From positions 1 to 64,000 of the forward strand of contig CAXGAI010000016.1 in the NCBI GenBank assembly GCA_964007735.1: a DNA stretch of 64,000 nucleotides. Reading direction: 5' to 3'. The stretch is from an uncultured Rhodopirellula sp. Lineage in GTDB: Bacteria > Planctomycetota > Planctomycetia > Pirellulales > Pirellulaceae. The notes under the pieces are model-generated. The model was given only the letters and a program-made list of their open reading frames with translations, did no database searches and had not been told where the DNA came from. This document shows, piece by piece, positions 16,833 through 26,850 of this stretch (its first letter is position 1; every line of letters begins with the position of its first letter). The position numbers and the translations under genes were made by a program.

Positions 16833-17864
16833 TTACTGAGGTTGCTGACGGTTTACCAAATAGATTCCGCTCGCCACCAAAATCAAGGAGACAAAAATCC
16901 ATGATGACAAAGGATCGTCTCGGAATATAGCTGCTGCCGAGATTCCAAATAGTGGAGTTAGGAAGCTAAAAACAGAAATTCTGGTGGCAGAGTATTTCTT
17001 CAAGAGCATTGTTTGGACGGCAAAGCACATGCCTCCTACGATGATTCCCTGATAGACCAGTCCACCGATAACTTCGTCGTTCACTTGCTCAATCGAAACC
17101 TGTTCCGATTCAAAGAATAGAGCAGTGGGGATGAACCAAAGGACTCCGATGAAGTCATGCCAAAGAATGATGGTTCCCGACGGTACTTTGGTCAGACTGG
17201 CTTTGATAAACAATATCTTGATTGCCAGAATGAAAGCACTAAGGATGATGATCATATCGCCCACGATACTTGCCTGATCAGTCGTTGGAGTATTGTCATG
17301 GGAAGACTTGATGATCAATGTAACCAAAGCACTTGTCCCGGCTAAAAGGCAACCGAAGAGCTGAATCTTCGTGATGCGGTGATTGCCGGTAAAGAAGTGT
17401 TCGAAGATCAGTACCCAGATGATGTAGGTGTTAATCAGGATCGTGGTGTGGGTTGAGTTGGTCAGATGAACGCCAATCGTAAAGGTGGCGATTTGAGCAA
17501 AGAGTAATGTTCCGGCAAGAAAGCACGGCCCAAGTTGTCCACGCGCAAGCTTAATCGGTTCCTTTGCTATTTGACACCAAACCACCATGAATAGCGTCGC
17601 CATGGCAAAGCGGATTCCACTCACCGTAAGCGGCGGTAGACCTAACAGAGTTTCCTCTGAAAATAGGCTGTATTTTGCCGCAACAGGATTCCCTCCCCAG
17701 CAAGCAGACGTCAATATTACTAAGCCGATTGCTGAGAAGGGCAGGGCAATATTGCTGGAGCCTTGGGTCGTCGGCTGAACTGGAGTAAACTTACCGGTAT
17801 CGTTCATTGCTTTGAAGTATGAGCGGAAAGGTGCATCGTAAACCACCATGTATACTAAAGCCAC
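16833..17864 (-). CDS. DMT/EamA family transporter (true start may be slightly downstream, e.g. MNDTGK)
   Basis: About 10 TM helices in two EamA-like halves. 'WGGNPVAAK', 'IRF', 'ATRISVFSFLTPLFG'. Confidence 0.88.
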   Translation of the reverse strand: MALVYMVVYDAPFRSYFKAMNDTGKFTPVQPTTQGSSNIALPFSAIGLVILTSACWGGNPVAAKYSLFSEETLLGLPPLTVSGIRFAMATLFMVVWCQIAKEPIKLARGQLGPCFLAGTLLFAQIATFTIGVHLTNSTHTTILINTYIIWVLIFEHFFTGNHRITKIQLFGCLLAGTSALVTLIIKSSHDNTPTTDQASIVGDMIIILSAFILAIKILFIKASLTKVPSGTIILWHDFIGVLWFIPTALFFESEQVSIEQVNDEVIGGLVYQGIIVGGMCFAVQTMLLKKYSATRISVFSFLTPLFGISAAAIFRDDPLSSWIFVSLILVASGIYLVNRQQPQ

Positions 17865-17927
17865 ACCTATGTCTGACAGACTGCCTGAAAAAAGGTAGTT
17901 CGTGGTTAACCTTTAATTAAGCGAGAC

Positions 17928-19817
17928 GTGATGTATTACAAATACTTTTTGGCTTTCATTATTCTGCAGAGTTCAAGTTTTTTTCCGAGTTCCGTTTTTG
18001 CAGCCCAGAAACCCAATGTTGTTTATATCATGGCGGATGAACTTGGTTATTTTGAACCTTCTTTTATGGGAAGCAAGACAATTCAGACGCCACGTATTGA
18101 CGAGTTGGCGCGGCAGGGTGTGTGGTTTACTCAGGGGTTGGCAGGATCTTCGGTTTGCGCCCCAACACGTTGTTGTTTTTTGACCGGAAAACACTCCGGT
18201 CATACTTCTGTTAGGGTGAACGGCGGTGGGACACCACTTCGGAGTGAGGAAGTCACGATTGGAACGATCCTGAAGAAAAGAGGGTACGCCACCGGAGGTT
18301 TTGGGAAATGGGGGTGTGGTGGTCGCGGCTCCACAGGAGTTCCTGAGCAGCATGGTTTTGACTTGTTTGTTGGTTATTATGACCAGGTTCATGCCCATAG
18401 CTATTATCCTCCCTATCTCATCCAAAATAGTCAGGAGTTGAAATTACCTGGAAACCTTGGAGGCGATCAGGGTGAGACATATTCGCACTACGTGATTATG
18501 GATCGTGCAAAACAGTTTATTCGTGAAAATCAGGCAGGGCCATTTTTTTGTTATTTGCCTATTACTCCACCTCATGGGATGTTCAATATCCCGGATCAGG
18601 ATCCGGCCTGGGGAAAGTATCGTGATAAGGATTGGCCTGAATCTGCCAGGCGTTATGCAGCGATGGTGACCATGGTCGATCGTCAGGTTGGCGAGATTAT
18701 TGATCTGCTACGGGAATTGGATCTGGCAGAAAATACGATTGTATTTTTCAGTGGTGATAATGGCGGTAATGACTATTTCAAATCGGACGCGTATCCGCGT
18801 GGACTACATGGAGCGAATGTTCATCCGGAAACCGGTGAGCAGTTTCGGGGTACGAAAGGAACATTGTATGAAGGGGGATTGCGGATCCCTGCTTTGGCCT
18901 ACTGGCCGGGAAGAATCGAAGGAGGACGTGTTAGTGATCACCTCTGGTATTTTCCAGATATCCTCCCTACGCTTGCAGACATCACAGGAGCAAAAGCACC
19001 CAAGGATATTGATGGAATTTCTTTTTGGCCGGAGCTTCAGGGAAAATACTCGCGTAGAAAACAGGCTCAGCATGAATATTTGTATTGGGAAATTGGAGGG
19101 CAAAGGGCTTTGCGAGTTAAAGAGATGAAGGCCATTCAACCCGGCACACAGCGTGATTGGGAACTGTATGATCTGTCAGATGATATTAGTGAATCGATTA
19201 ATGTGGCTGAGCAGCAGGCGGAGTTGCTTGAGGAGATGAAAATGCTGGCAGATTCCGCTCATACTGATGCAAGAGAGGGAACGTTTGCCGACCGCGCGAA
19301 TCATGAAAAAGACCGACAGGCAAAATGGGGTTCGACGCGAATGACTTCATCACCGCAGGACGTTTCGAAACTGGACACGATGGGGCTGATTGCGCAAAAC
19401 GAATGTAAAATTGTGGATTTCAGCAGCCAAAGCATAGCTGGGAATCGATTGGCTGAATATGTACTGGATGGGAATCCTCGTACGCATTGGCATACGCAAT
19501 ACGTTCCGGAGTTGCGGAAACAACCTCACCACTTAATTATCGATCTGGGAAAGCAGCGTTCGGTGAAGGGTATTCGGTATCTTGCCAGACAGGATGGTGG
19601 CTACAATGGTGCCATCGCCCGATTTGAAGTCTATGTAAGTCAGGATGGTGTGAAATTTGAAACACCGGTGGCAACCGGTACGTTTCAACGTAAACGCAGT
19701 AATCAGCAACACACTTTCAGTGAGGTTTCTGCAAGGTTTATAAAAATAGTTGCTCTTACTGAGGTTAACGCTGGTCCCTGGGCATCAGCAGCCGAGATTG
19801 GGGTCATTGGAAAATAA
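17928..19817 (+). CDS. Arylsulfatase (formylglycine-dependent) with C-terminal F5/8 type C (discoidin) domain
   Basis: Signal peptide. KPNVVYIMADELG, CAPTR...LTG, GKWG, GDNG, LYEGGLRIP. C-terminal 'LDGNPRTHWHT...PHHLIIDLG...Y..RQDG..NG.I..FEVYVS.DG...ARFIK...SAAEI'. Confidence 0.93.
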   Translation: MMYYKYFLAFIILQSSSFFPSSVFAAQKPNVVYIMADELGYFEPSFMGSKTIQTPRIDELARQGVWFTQGLAGSSVCAPTRCCFLTGKHSGHTSVRVNGGGTPLRSEEVTIGTILKKRGYATGGFGKWGCGGRGSTGVPEQHGFDLFVGYYDQVHAHSYYPPYLIQNSQELKLPGNLGGDQGETYSHYVIMDRAKQFIRENQAGPFFCYLPITPPHGMFNIPDQDPAWGKYRDKDWPESARRYAAMVTMVDRQVGEIIDLLRELDLAENTIVFFSGDNGGNDYFKSDAYPRGLHGANVHPETGEQFRGTKGTLYEGGLRIPALAYWPGRIEGGRVSDHLWYFPDILPTLADITGAKAPKDIDGISFWPELQGKYSRRKQAQHEYLYWEIGGQRALRVKEMKAIQPGTQRDWELYDLSDDISESINVAEQQAELLEEMKMLADSAHTDAREGTFADRANHEKDRQAKWGSTRMTSSPQDVSKLDTMGLIAQNECKIVDFSSQSIAGNRLAEYVLDGNPRTHWHTQYVPELRKQPHHLIIDLGKQRSVKGIRYLARQDGGYNGAIARFEVYVSQDGVKFETPVATGTFQRKRSNQQHTFSEVSARFIKIVALTEVNAGPWASAAEIGVIGK

Positions 19818-21559
19818 TGAATTTACGATTGAAGTTGATAGCATCGGTTTTCGTCTGCCTGATATCCGCCATGGATGTAAGCGAGGCGGTGGAGTTGGTA
19901 CGCTGTGATGGCGTTTATCCGCATCATTTACAGGGTGTTTGTCAGGACACAGACGGTAATTTGTACTGGTCTTTTACCACGACTCTGGTCAAAACAGATT
20001 CCGAGGGTCAGGTTCTGAAAAAGCTTGAAGTTGCCAATCATCATGGAGACCTGTGTTACGTGGATGGTCGATTGTTTGTGGCGGTCAATTACGGTCAGTT
20101 CAATAATCCGTTAGGCCAAGCTGAAAATGAAATTGTGGTTTATCAGGCGGACACACTACAAGAACATGCACGCTATAAAATCCCTCAGGTCAAATACGGT
20201 GCCGGTGGAATTGCACACCACGATGGAAAATTTATTGTGGTAGGTGGTTTACCGGACGGTGTCGAGAAAAACTATTTGTACGAATATAATGCTTCGTTCG
20301 TTTTCCAGAAAAGACACGTGCTGAACAGTGGCTGGACCCGTCTGGGGATTCAGGCGGCGGCATTTGCTGATGGCGTATGGTGGTTTGGATGCTATGGAAA
20401 CATATTACTAAAAGTGTCATCCGATTTTGAAATGCTAGGTCGCTATAAATTTGACTGCGGTTACGGAATCGAACAAGCGATGGGAGGCGGATTGTTGACC
20501 GCTGGTGGGCAATGTGTTGACCAAGTGGGTTGCTCGGGTTGGATCACCAGAAGATTAACTCGTCAAATGCTTCCTAATCAGGTGCAGAAACCAATAACAC
20601 GAATTGGTTTTGGCTCGTGTGTAAAACAGCAGAACCCGGCGCCATTATTTGCCAATGTTTTGGACTACGGACCGGAATTATTTCTGTTTATGGGGGATAA
20701 TATCTACGGTGATTCTGATGATATGGCTGTCCTGAAAGCCAAGTATCAGGTGCTGGGGAGAAAGCCCATGTTCCAGAAATTAGTCGCAGAATCGGTTGTT
20801 CTGGCAACGTGGGATGATCATGACTACGGTATGAATGATGGGGGATCCGGATTCGCACAAAGAGAGGCGTCCCAACAGGTCTTCGTGGATTTTTGGAAGG
20901 ATGTACCGGATTCACCGCGTCGCGCGAGACCTGGCGTGTATGACTCATACGTTTTTGGGCCGGCTGGTAAACGTGTCCAGATTATTCTTTTAGACACACG
21001 GTTTTTCCGTTCAGATCTTAAGACCGGACCGCGGCGAGTCGGAGGACCTTACTATCCCGATAAGAACCCGAGCCTAACGATGCTGGGCACGACGCAGTGG
21101 CAATGGCTGGAGAAACAGCTCCAGCAGCCTGCAGAAATCCGGATTGTGGTCTCCAGTATTCAGTTCGTTCCTACAGCATCCGGACAGGAAACATGGGATA
21201 ACCTTCCACTGGAACGCCAGCGGTTCTTAGACTTACTGGAAAAATCACAGGCGTCGGGATTGTTCGTTGTATCCGGGGATCGTCACTGGTCTGATTTTTC
21301 CAGAATGACGGAGGGTCTGCCTTATCCTCTCTATGATTTTACCTCTAGTAGTATTAATCAACTTCATCCAAGGGGAACACCGACAAATAATCCCCACCGG
21401 TTGTTGGACAGGACATTCCACCAAGAGAATTTTGGAACGATTGATATCGACTGGAGTCAGGAAGATCCTGAAATTAGGGTTCAGATCGTGGATCTTCATG
21501 ACAAGGTGCAATTATCACATTCCTTTAGACTAAGTTCATTGCAGGTTGCCCCTAAGTAA
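19817..21559 (+). CDS. PhoD-family alkaline phosphatase/phosphodiesterase with an extra N-terminal ~240-aa beta-rich domain
   Basis: FGSC, GDNIYGD, WDDHD, LLDTR, SGDRH motifs. Coupled to the sulfatase by a TAATG overlap. Confidence 0.88.
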   Translation: MNLRLKLIASVFVCLISAMDVSEAVELVRCDGVYPHHLQGVCQDTDGNLYWSFTTTLVKTDSEGQVLKKLEVANHHGDLCYVDGRLFVAVNYGQFNNPLGQAENEIVVYQADTLQEHARYKIPQVKYGAGGIAHHDGKFIVVGGLPDGVEKNYLYEYNASFVFQKRHVLNSGWTRLGIQAAAFADGVWWFGCYGNILLKVSSDFEMLGRYKFDCGYGIEQAMGGGLLTAGGQCVDQVGCSGWITRRLTRQMLPNQVQKPITRIGFGSCVKQQNPAPLFANVLDYGPELFLFMGDNIYGDSDDMAVLKAKYQVLGRKPMFQKLVAESVVLATWDDHDYGMNDGGSGFAQREASQQVFVDFWKDVPDSPRRARPGVYDSYVFGPAGKRVQIILLDTRFFRSDLKTGPRRVGGPYYPDKNPSLTMLGTTQWQWLEKQLQQPAEIRIVVSSIQFVPTASGQETWDNLPLERQRFLDLLEKSQASGLFVVSGDRHWSDFSRMTEGLPYPLYDFTSSSINQLHPRGTPTNNPHRLLDRTFHQENFGTIDIDWSQEDPEIRVQIVDLHDKVQLSHSFRLSSLQVAPK

Positions 21560-21605
21560 GCCAGTTTGCATCGGGAGTTACCATTCGCCGACAGGATTGC
21601 CAACG

Positions 21606-22376
21606 ATGACAGCCTTTAAGCTGACAACGGAATTAACCGAACAGTTTCACCGGGACGGATATCTGATAGTCAAAGCGTTGTTTGATCCGGAAGAAATTGC
21701 TGGGTTATTACGATTTGCAAAAGCCGATATGGTGCTTGCCGATGAGGCCTATGTGCGGCGCGATGGTGAAGGTGGTGAAACTCGTTTGGCGCTTAGAAAT
21801 CATCTGGATGACGCTGTTCCGTATTCTGCGGTGGTGCGTAGTCAACGGATCGTGCATGCGATGCAGACGCTCCTCGATGATGAGGTTTATCACTATCATC
21901 ACAAAATGATGATTAAACAACCTCGAATTGGCGGGGCCTGGGAATGGCATCAGGATTATGGCTATTGGTATGATTTTGGTTGCCTTTTTCCTGATATGGG
22001 GAGTTGTATGGTGGCCGTAGACCGGGCAACCAAGCAAAACGGATGCTTACAGGTATTACGGGGATCGCATAAAATTGGTCGGGTAGATCATGTTCGGATC
22101 GGTGAGCAGGTAGGGGCAGATCCCAAACGTGTTGCTGTCGCCAAACAGAGATTTGAATTAGTGGCTGTTGAAATGGAAGCCGGTGATGCATTGTTTTTTC
22201 ATGGAAATCTTCTGCATCGATCCGATCAAAATCACAGTGATCATCCGAGGTGGTCGTTGATCAATTGTTACAATACCCGTCACAATGATCCATTTCTACA
22301 GGACAGCCGGCACCCTAATTACTCGCCGTTGGAAATTTGGGAGGACGCTAAGGTGCGTGAGATTCTAATAGGGTAA
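21606..22376 (+). CDS. Phytanoyl-CoA dioxygenase family Fe(II)/2-oxoglutarate hydroxylase (ectoine/proline hydroxylase-like)
   Basis: FHRDGYL, WHQDYGYW (HxD), NGCLQVLRGSH, GDALFFH..LLH.S..N....R. Start moved to the ATG at 21606. Confidence 0.9.
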   Translation: MTAFKLTTELTEQFHRDGYLIVKALFDPEEIAGLLRFAKADMVLADEAYVRRDGEGGETRLALRNHLDDAVPYSAVVRSQRIVHAMQTLLDDEVYHYHHKMMIKQPRIGGAWEWHQDYGYWYDFGCLFPDMGSCMVAVDRATKQNGCLQVLRGSHKIGRVDHVRIGEQVGADPKRVAVAKQRFELVAVEMEAGDALFFHGNLLHRSDQNHSDHPRWSLINCYNTRHNDPFLQDSRHPNYSPLEIWEDAKVREILIG

Positions 22377-22566
22377 CAAGAGACAAAAAGTCATAGGTTT
22401 TGATATCAGGAAGAAAATCTTAGTGTCGTGCCATTACGATATGTTGGAGTTTAATAAAGTGTCCCCGGACCAAGTCATGGCAGACTTCAAGCGGTTGTGG
22501 CAGAATTAGATTGCGTTGGAAAATGGCGGAAGATTCTTGCATCCAAGCAATTAGAATAAAATTACT

Positions 22567-25542
22567 ATGATTCGTCGAATACACTGGAAAAGCCTCCTCC
22601 TGTTCATCCTGCTGCCATTTCCGGTGACAGCTCAGGATGAAGGTTTGCAGAAAGAAATCTATTCGGCCTCCCCCGAAGAATCAGTCAAATTCTTTGACGT
22701 TCCGACAGGAATGGAATTGGAGTTGGTTGCCTCTGAACCACATGTTATCGATCCAATTGCCATTCGTTTCGATGCTCACGGACGTATGTGGGTTGTTGAA
22801 ATGAATGACTACCCATCAGGTAATGGAGCCTCGAGGATCAAATTGCTTGAAGATCTGGATAGTGACGGCACCTATGAGACCGTCCGCGTGTTTGCAGATG
22901 ATTTGGTTTTTGCTACCGGACTCCAGCCCTGGAAAGATGGCGTGATCGTGACCTTGGCCGGTCAGGTTGTGTATTTCAAAGACACCGATGGTGATCACAA
23001 GGCTGACCAACGGGAGGTGTGGTATTCCGGATTTGCTGAAGATAATCAGCAACTGAGAGCGAATCATCCTCGGTTTGGCATTGATCAGAATATCTATGTT
23101 GCCAATGGTTTGCGCGGTGGTGTTGTCAAGAATCCTCGTTCACCGGAAAGCGAGCCTCTTAATATTAGCGGTATGGACTTTATGTTTAATCCTGAAACGG
23201 GAGCCTACCAAACGGTTTCAGGAAACGGGCAATACGGGCTGACATTTGATGATATTGGTAATCGTTACGTATGCAGTAATCGAAATCCAGCGATGCAAAT
23301 TATGATCGAAGATCGTTATATCAAACGCTATCCCTCGGTACCGGTCTTGTCGGTTAAGAAAGATGTGGTGAAGGCAGGACAGGATTCTGTGATTTATCCA
23401 CTGACAAAGTTCTGGACAACTTCGAATTTGCACGAAGGGCAGTTCACAGCCGCCTGTGGTGTCATGGTTTATCGCGGCCACCAGTTACCCTGGTTAAAGG
23501 GGACTATTTTGACATGTGATCCGACCGGAAATCTCATTCATGCTGAAAAGATACAATCGTCCTCTGCCGATAACTCGCGATACAACTACTATGGTCCTTA
23601 TTACTACGGGACTCCAACACCGGAACGCGAATTTCTGGCTTCGAAAGATCATTGGTTCCGAGCTGTTAGTATGCGTACCGGGCCAGATGGTTGTCTTTAT
23701 ATTGTGGATATGCACCGAGCGGTTATCGAACACCCTCAATGGGTACCGGATGAATTGAAGGACCGTAAGGATGCCCGAAGTGGTGATGATAAAGGTAGAA
23801 TCTATCGGCTCAAGCCAATCAATGCCCGGTTGGAGCCTAAATGGAATTGGAGTATAGAGAATTACTCGGCCGAAGAGCTCGTCTTGTTACTCGAACACCC
23901 AAATTCTTGGCAGCGTGACACCGCGTTTCGACTGTTGTCAGAGAAGAGAGAGGAAGAGGCAGTTGGATTTCTGGGACGTTTATTGAACTACTCAAGAGAC
24001 CCAATCGCCCGTATTCTGGCGTTACGCCTGCTTCATGGCTGGGATAAGTTGGAAGCAGCTCAGATTATGACGGCGGCTAGTCATTATGATCGGCGGCTTA
24101 GAATTCATGCCTGCATGGTGCTTGAAGATCATTGGACTAATACTCCGGAACAAAAAACACTGGCCAGAAAATTATTGACGGATCGGGAAAGTGCAGTGCG
24201 TTTTCAGGCGATCCTCTCATTTGGTGATAAAGTAAATCATGATAGCCCAACCTGGAAAGGCCTGTTGAAAACAGTCGTCAAAGATGAATATATGACTCAA
24301 GCCTTTTTGATGGCGACAGCTGATGATATTGGTAATTTAATAACCTTTGCACTAGAGAACGGCACACCAACAGGGATTACTACGGACGAACATGCTGAAA
24401 ACGTGTATCGACTCTATGGCCTAGCTGCTCGTAGCCTGACGCCAGAGCAACAAACGATTGCTTTGCAATGGATCGCAGAGTTGCCGGGCTGGGTTAATAA
24501 GGAGGCTGTAGCGATTGGTGATGTTCGCGCAGCACGGGCAATTCTGGAAAACTTCGATGCCGTGCAAATCGATTGGCGTTCACAAATTGAATTACTACCC
24601 GAGGAGAAAAAGATTAGCTTCAATGTGCTTTGGATGTTAGCTCGACAATGGATCAATGATGCTGAATCTACCGAGTCGTTGAAAAGAGAAGCCTTGCAGT
24701 TATTGGCATTAGGAAGAGACGCTGAATTCCTGCTGGCTTTGTTTAATAAAACAGGCTTTTCTCATTACCACGTTGACCTGCTTGGTCTCCTTCATTTTGA
24801 GAAAGATGCAGCAATCTGGACGAGTATTATTAGCCGCTTTTCTTCCATGGCACCGGCAGTGAAACGTGCTCTGATTGACGTTGTTCTTCGTGATGTCAGT
24901 CGCACCAAAATATTTCTTAGTGGGCTTGAGAAGAAAGCTATTTCGGTGAATGAAATCGATGCTATTCGTATGAACCGATTGATAGGGTCTACAAATACAG
25001 AGATTGCTGAGCGAGCCAAGGCCCTGCAGGCCACAACGGTCAATGCAGACCGAGTGGCAGTGTTAGATGAATACAAAGCCGTGTTGGTTTTAGATGCGTT
25101 CCCTCGTGAAGGTGAAAAAGTATTCAGACAGAATTGTGCAACCTGTCACCGTATTGGGAATATTGGGAAACAGGTTGCGCCCGACATCTCGGACTCACGT
25201 ACAAGGCAACCACTCCAGTTGCTCACGGATATTCTTCAACCTAACAAGGCGATTGATAACAATTATATGCATTACTCAGTCCTCACAAAGGACGGCCAGG
25301 TTCTTGATGGAATTATTACGGAAGAGACTTCCACTCAAATTACTTTGATGCAACCGGAACGCAAAATTGTGCCTGTGTTGCGTAAGGAGATCGACGAGAT
25401 TCAGTCTCGCGGAGTGTCCTTGATGCCGGAAGGACTGGAAAAGAAAATTGATCACCAACAAATGGCTGACTTGATTTCTTTTATCAAAAACTGGAGATAT
25501 CTCGACGGCCGTACTCCCCTGGCTAAACCACTGAACGAGTAA
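22567..25542 (+). CDS. PVC-type heme-binding CxxCH protein (dehydrogenase-like propeller, HEAT-like region, cytochrome c)
   Basis: 'ELVASEP...DPIAI.FD..GRMWVVEM.DYP', 'GPDG.LYIVDM.R..IEHP', 'GRIYR'. C-terminal CATCH and 'SLMPEGLE...DLISF'. Confidence 0.92.
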   Translation: MIRRIHWKSLLLFILLPFPVTAQDEGLQKEIYSASPEESVKFFDVPTGMELELVASEPHVIDPIAIRFDAHGRMWVVEMNDYPSGNGASRIKLLEDLDSDGTYETVRVFADDLVFATGLQPWKDGVIVTLAGQVVYFKDTDGDHKADQREVWYSGFAEDNQQLRANHPRFGIDQNIYVANGLRGGVVKNPRSPESEPLNISGMDFMFNPETGAYQTVSGNGQYGLTFDDIGNRYVCSNRNPAMQIMIEDRYIKRYPSVPVLSVKKDVVKAGQDSVIYPLTKFWTTSNLHEGQFTAACGVMVYRGHQLPWLKGTILTCDPTGNLIHAEKIQSSSADNSRYNYYGPYYYGTPTPEREFLASKDHWFRAVSMRTGPDGCLYIVDMHRAVIEHPQWVPDELKDRKDARSGDDKGRIYRLKPINARLEPKWNWSIENYSAEELVLLLEHPNSWQRDTAFRLLSEKREEEAVGFLGRLLNYSRDPIARILALRLLHGWDKLEAAQIMTAASHYDRRLRIHACMVLEDHWTNTPEQKTLARKLLTDRESAVRFQAILSFGDKVNHDSPTWKGLLKTVVKDEYMTQAFLMATADDIGNLITFALENGTPTGITTDEHAENVYRLYGLAARSLTPEQQTIALQWIAELPGWVNKEAVAIGDVRAARAILENFDAVQIDWRSQIELLPEEKKISFNVLWMLARQWINDAESTESLKREALQLLALGRDAEFLLALFNKTGFSHYHVDLLGLLHFEKDAAIWTSIISRFSSMAPAVKRALIDVVLRDVSRTKIFLSGLEKKAISVNEIDAIRMNRLIGSTNTEIAERAKALQATTVNADRVAVLDEYKAVLVLDAFPREGEKVFRQNCATCHRIGNIGKQVAPDISDSRTRQPLQLLTDILQPNKAIDNNYMHYSVLTKDGQVLDGIITEETSTQITLMQPERKIVPVLRKEIDEIQSRGVSLMPEGLEKKIDHQQMADLISFIKNWRYLDGRTPLAKPLNE

Positions 25543-25551
25543 TCACGAACG

Positions 25552-26736
25552 ATGACAGAATCTCCTACGGGTAAACGGCTTCCACGTATTACGCTGATAC
25601 GAAAAGTGGTGTTTGCGACGATGTCGCTGATGTTATTCGTTGGTGTGTGCGAATTTTCCTTTCAGGCGATTGGATTCGACTTTAGTAAATGGGGGCAGGA
25701 CTTAAATGCCACCCCGATCTTCTATCGGATCCCAACGGAGCCCTTCGGATCCGCTTACTATAAACGCCCGGGGAAACAAATCTGGACCGGCAAAGTTGTT
25801 ACCAGTCAAATGCAACGGATAGGCTATGACTCTAAGTGGTTCCCAGATGAGGAGCAACAGACCCTTCAATATGATGCGAACGGTTTTCGTAATCCGGATG
25901 GATTAAAGAGTTGGGAGATTGCCATGATCGGTGACTCGTTTACCGAACTCGGTAATTTGTCACCGGATCAACTAGTGACTTCTCAACTGGGGAAGTTACT
26001 GGATGTTTCAGTGAAGAATCTTGGGGTATCACACACGGGCCTTTTGAACCAGACAGAGTATCTTCGTGAATTCGGTATTTGTGCAGCAACAGAGGAAGTT
26101 ATCTGGGTGTTTTTTGAAGGTAATGATATTCAGGACTACGTGATGGAGACTGATCGCGTCTCTGCCATCCAAACTGGTATTTCCGAACATATCGACTTAC
26201 TGAAAACTCACAAATCTCAAACCTCATTGGTGAAGGCTATTTACCAACGAATCTTTTCCAAATCACGCAGAGAGATCTATGGGCCTGCTGTTAACGCTAC
26301 GCTTAGCGACGGTATCACTCGGTTTAAAGTCGATTATGCACCTCCCAGCCGTGATCAGATTTTTTTGCAGTTACAGCGATTGGAAGCCGGTATAGAGAAA
26401 CTGCACAAACTTTGTAAACAAAATGGGTTGAATCTGACTTGTCTATATATGCCTTGTAAACGAAGGGCCTTCAGTGATCATCGCTATACCGTCGATATTA
26501 ATGCCCCGGCTTATCTACAACTACAATGGGCACCAAGTGATTTGCCTGAGTGGATGCAGGAAGTTTGCAAGGAGAAAGGGATCCGACTCGTGGATGCAAC
26601 GGAGCCGCTCAAGCAATTGAATCAGACAGAGCTTTTGTCACATAACCTGATATTCGATACCCACTTGACTGCAGCGGGAGCCAAAGTAGTTGCTCAGGCT
26701 TTAGCTGATACTTTGCGGTCGGATGAGGAAGAATAG
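25552..26736 (+). CDS. SGNH hydrolase / AlgX-like membrane-anchored protein
   Basis: N-terminal TM helix. 'NGFRN', IGDSFT, NLGV, FFEGND, and FDTH (DxH). Confidence 0.8.
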   Translation: MTESPTGKRLPRITLIRKVVFATMSLMLFVGVCEFSFQAIGFDFSKWGQDLNATPIFYRIPTEPFGSAYYKRPGKQIWTGKVVTSQMQRIGYDSKWFPDEEQQTLQYDANGFRNPDGLKSWEIAMIGDSFTELGNLSPDQLVTSQLGKLLDVSVKNLGVSHTGLLNQTEYLREFGICAATEEVIWVFFEGNDIQDYVMETDRVSAIQTGISEHIDLLKTHKSQTSLVKAIYQRIFSKSRREIYGPAVNATLSDGITRFKVDYAPPSRDQIFLQLQRLEAGIEKLHKLCKQNGLNLTCLYMPCKRRAFSDHRYTVDINAPAYLQLQWAPSDLPEWMQEVCKEKGIRLVDATEPLKQLNQTELLSHNLIFDTHLTAAGAKVVAQALADTLRSDEEE

Positions 26737-26764
26737 GGTGCTTAGATAACTTGCGTGTCATTGC

Positions 26765-26792
26765 TTGACAGGCAAAATCCCAAAATGATAGT
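26765..26792 (+). promoter_or_regulatory. Possible sigma70 promoter for the kinase gene
   Basis: Perfect TTGACA at 26765-26770. Only a weak -10-like GATAGT 16 nt downstream. Confidence 0.25.
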
Positions 26793-26850
26793 CCAATTTT
26801 ACGGAACCTTTAATAATCGAGACAGTTAAAATTATTCCGATTCCGAACTA

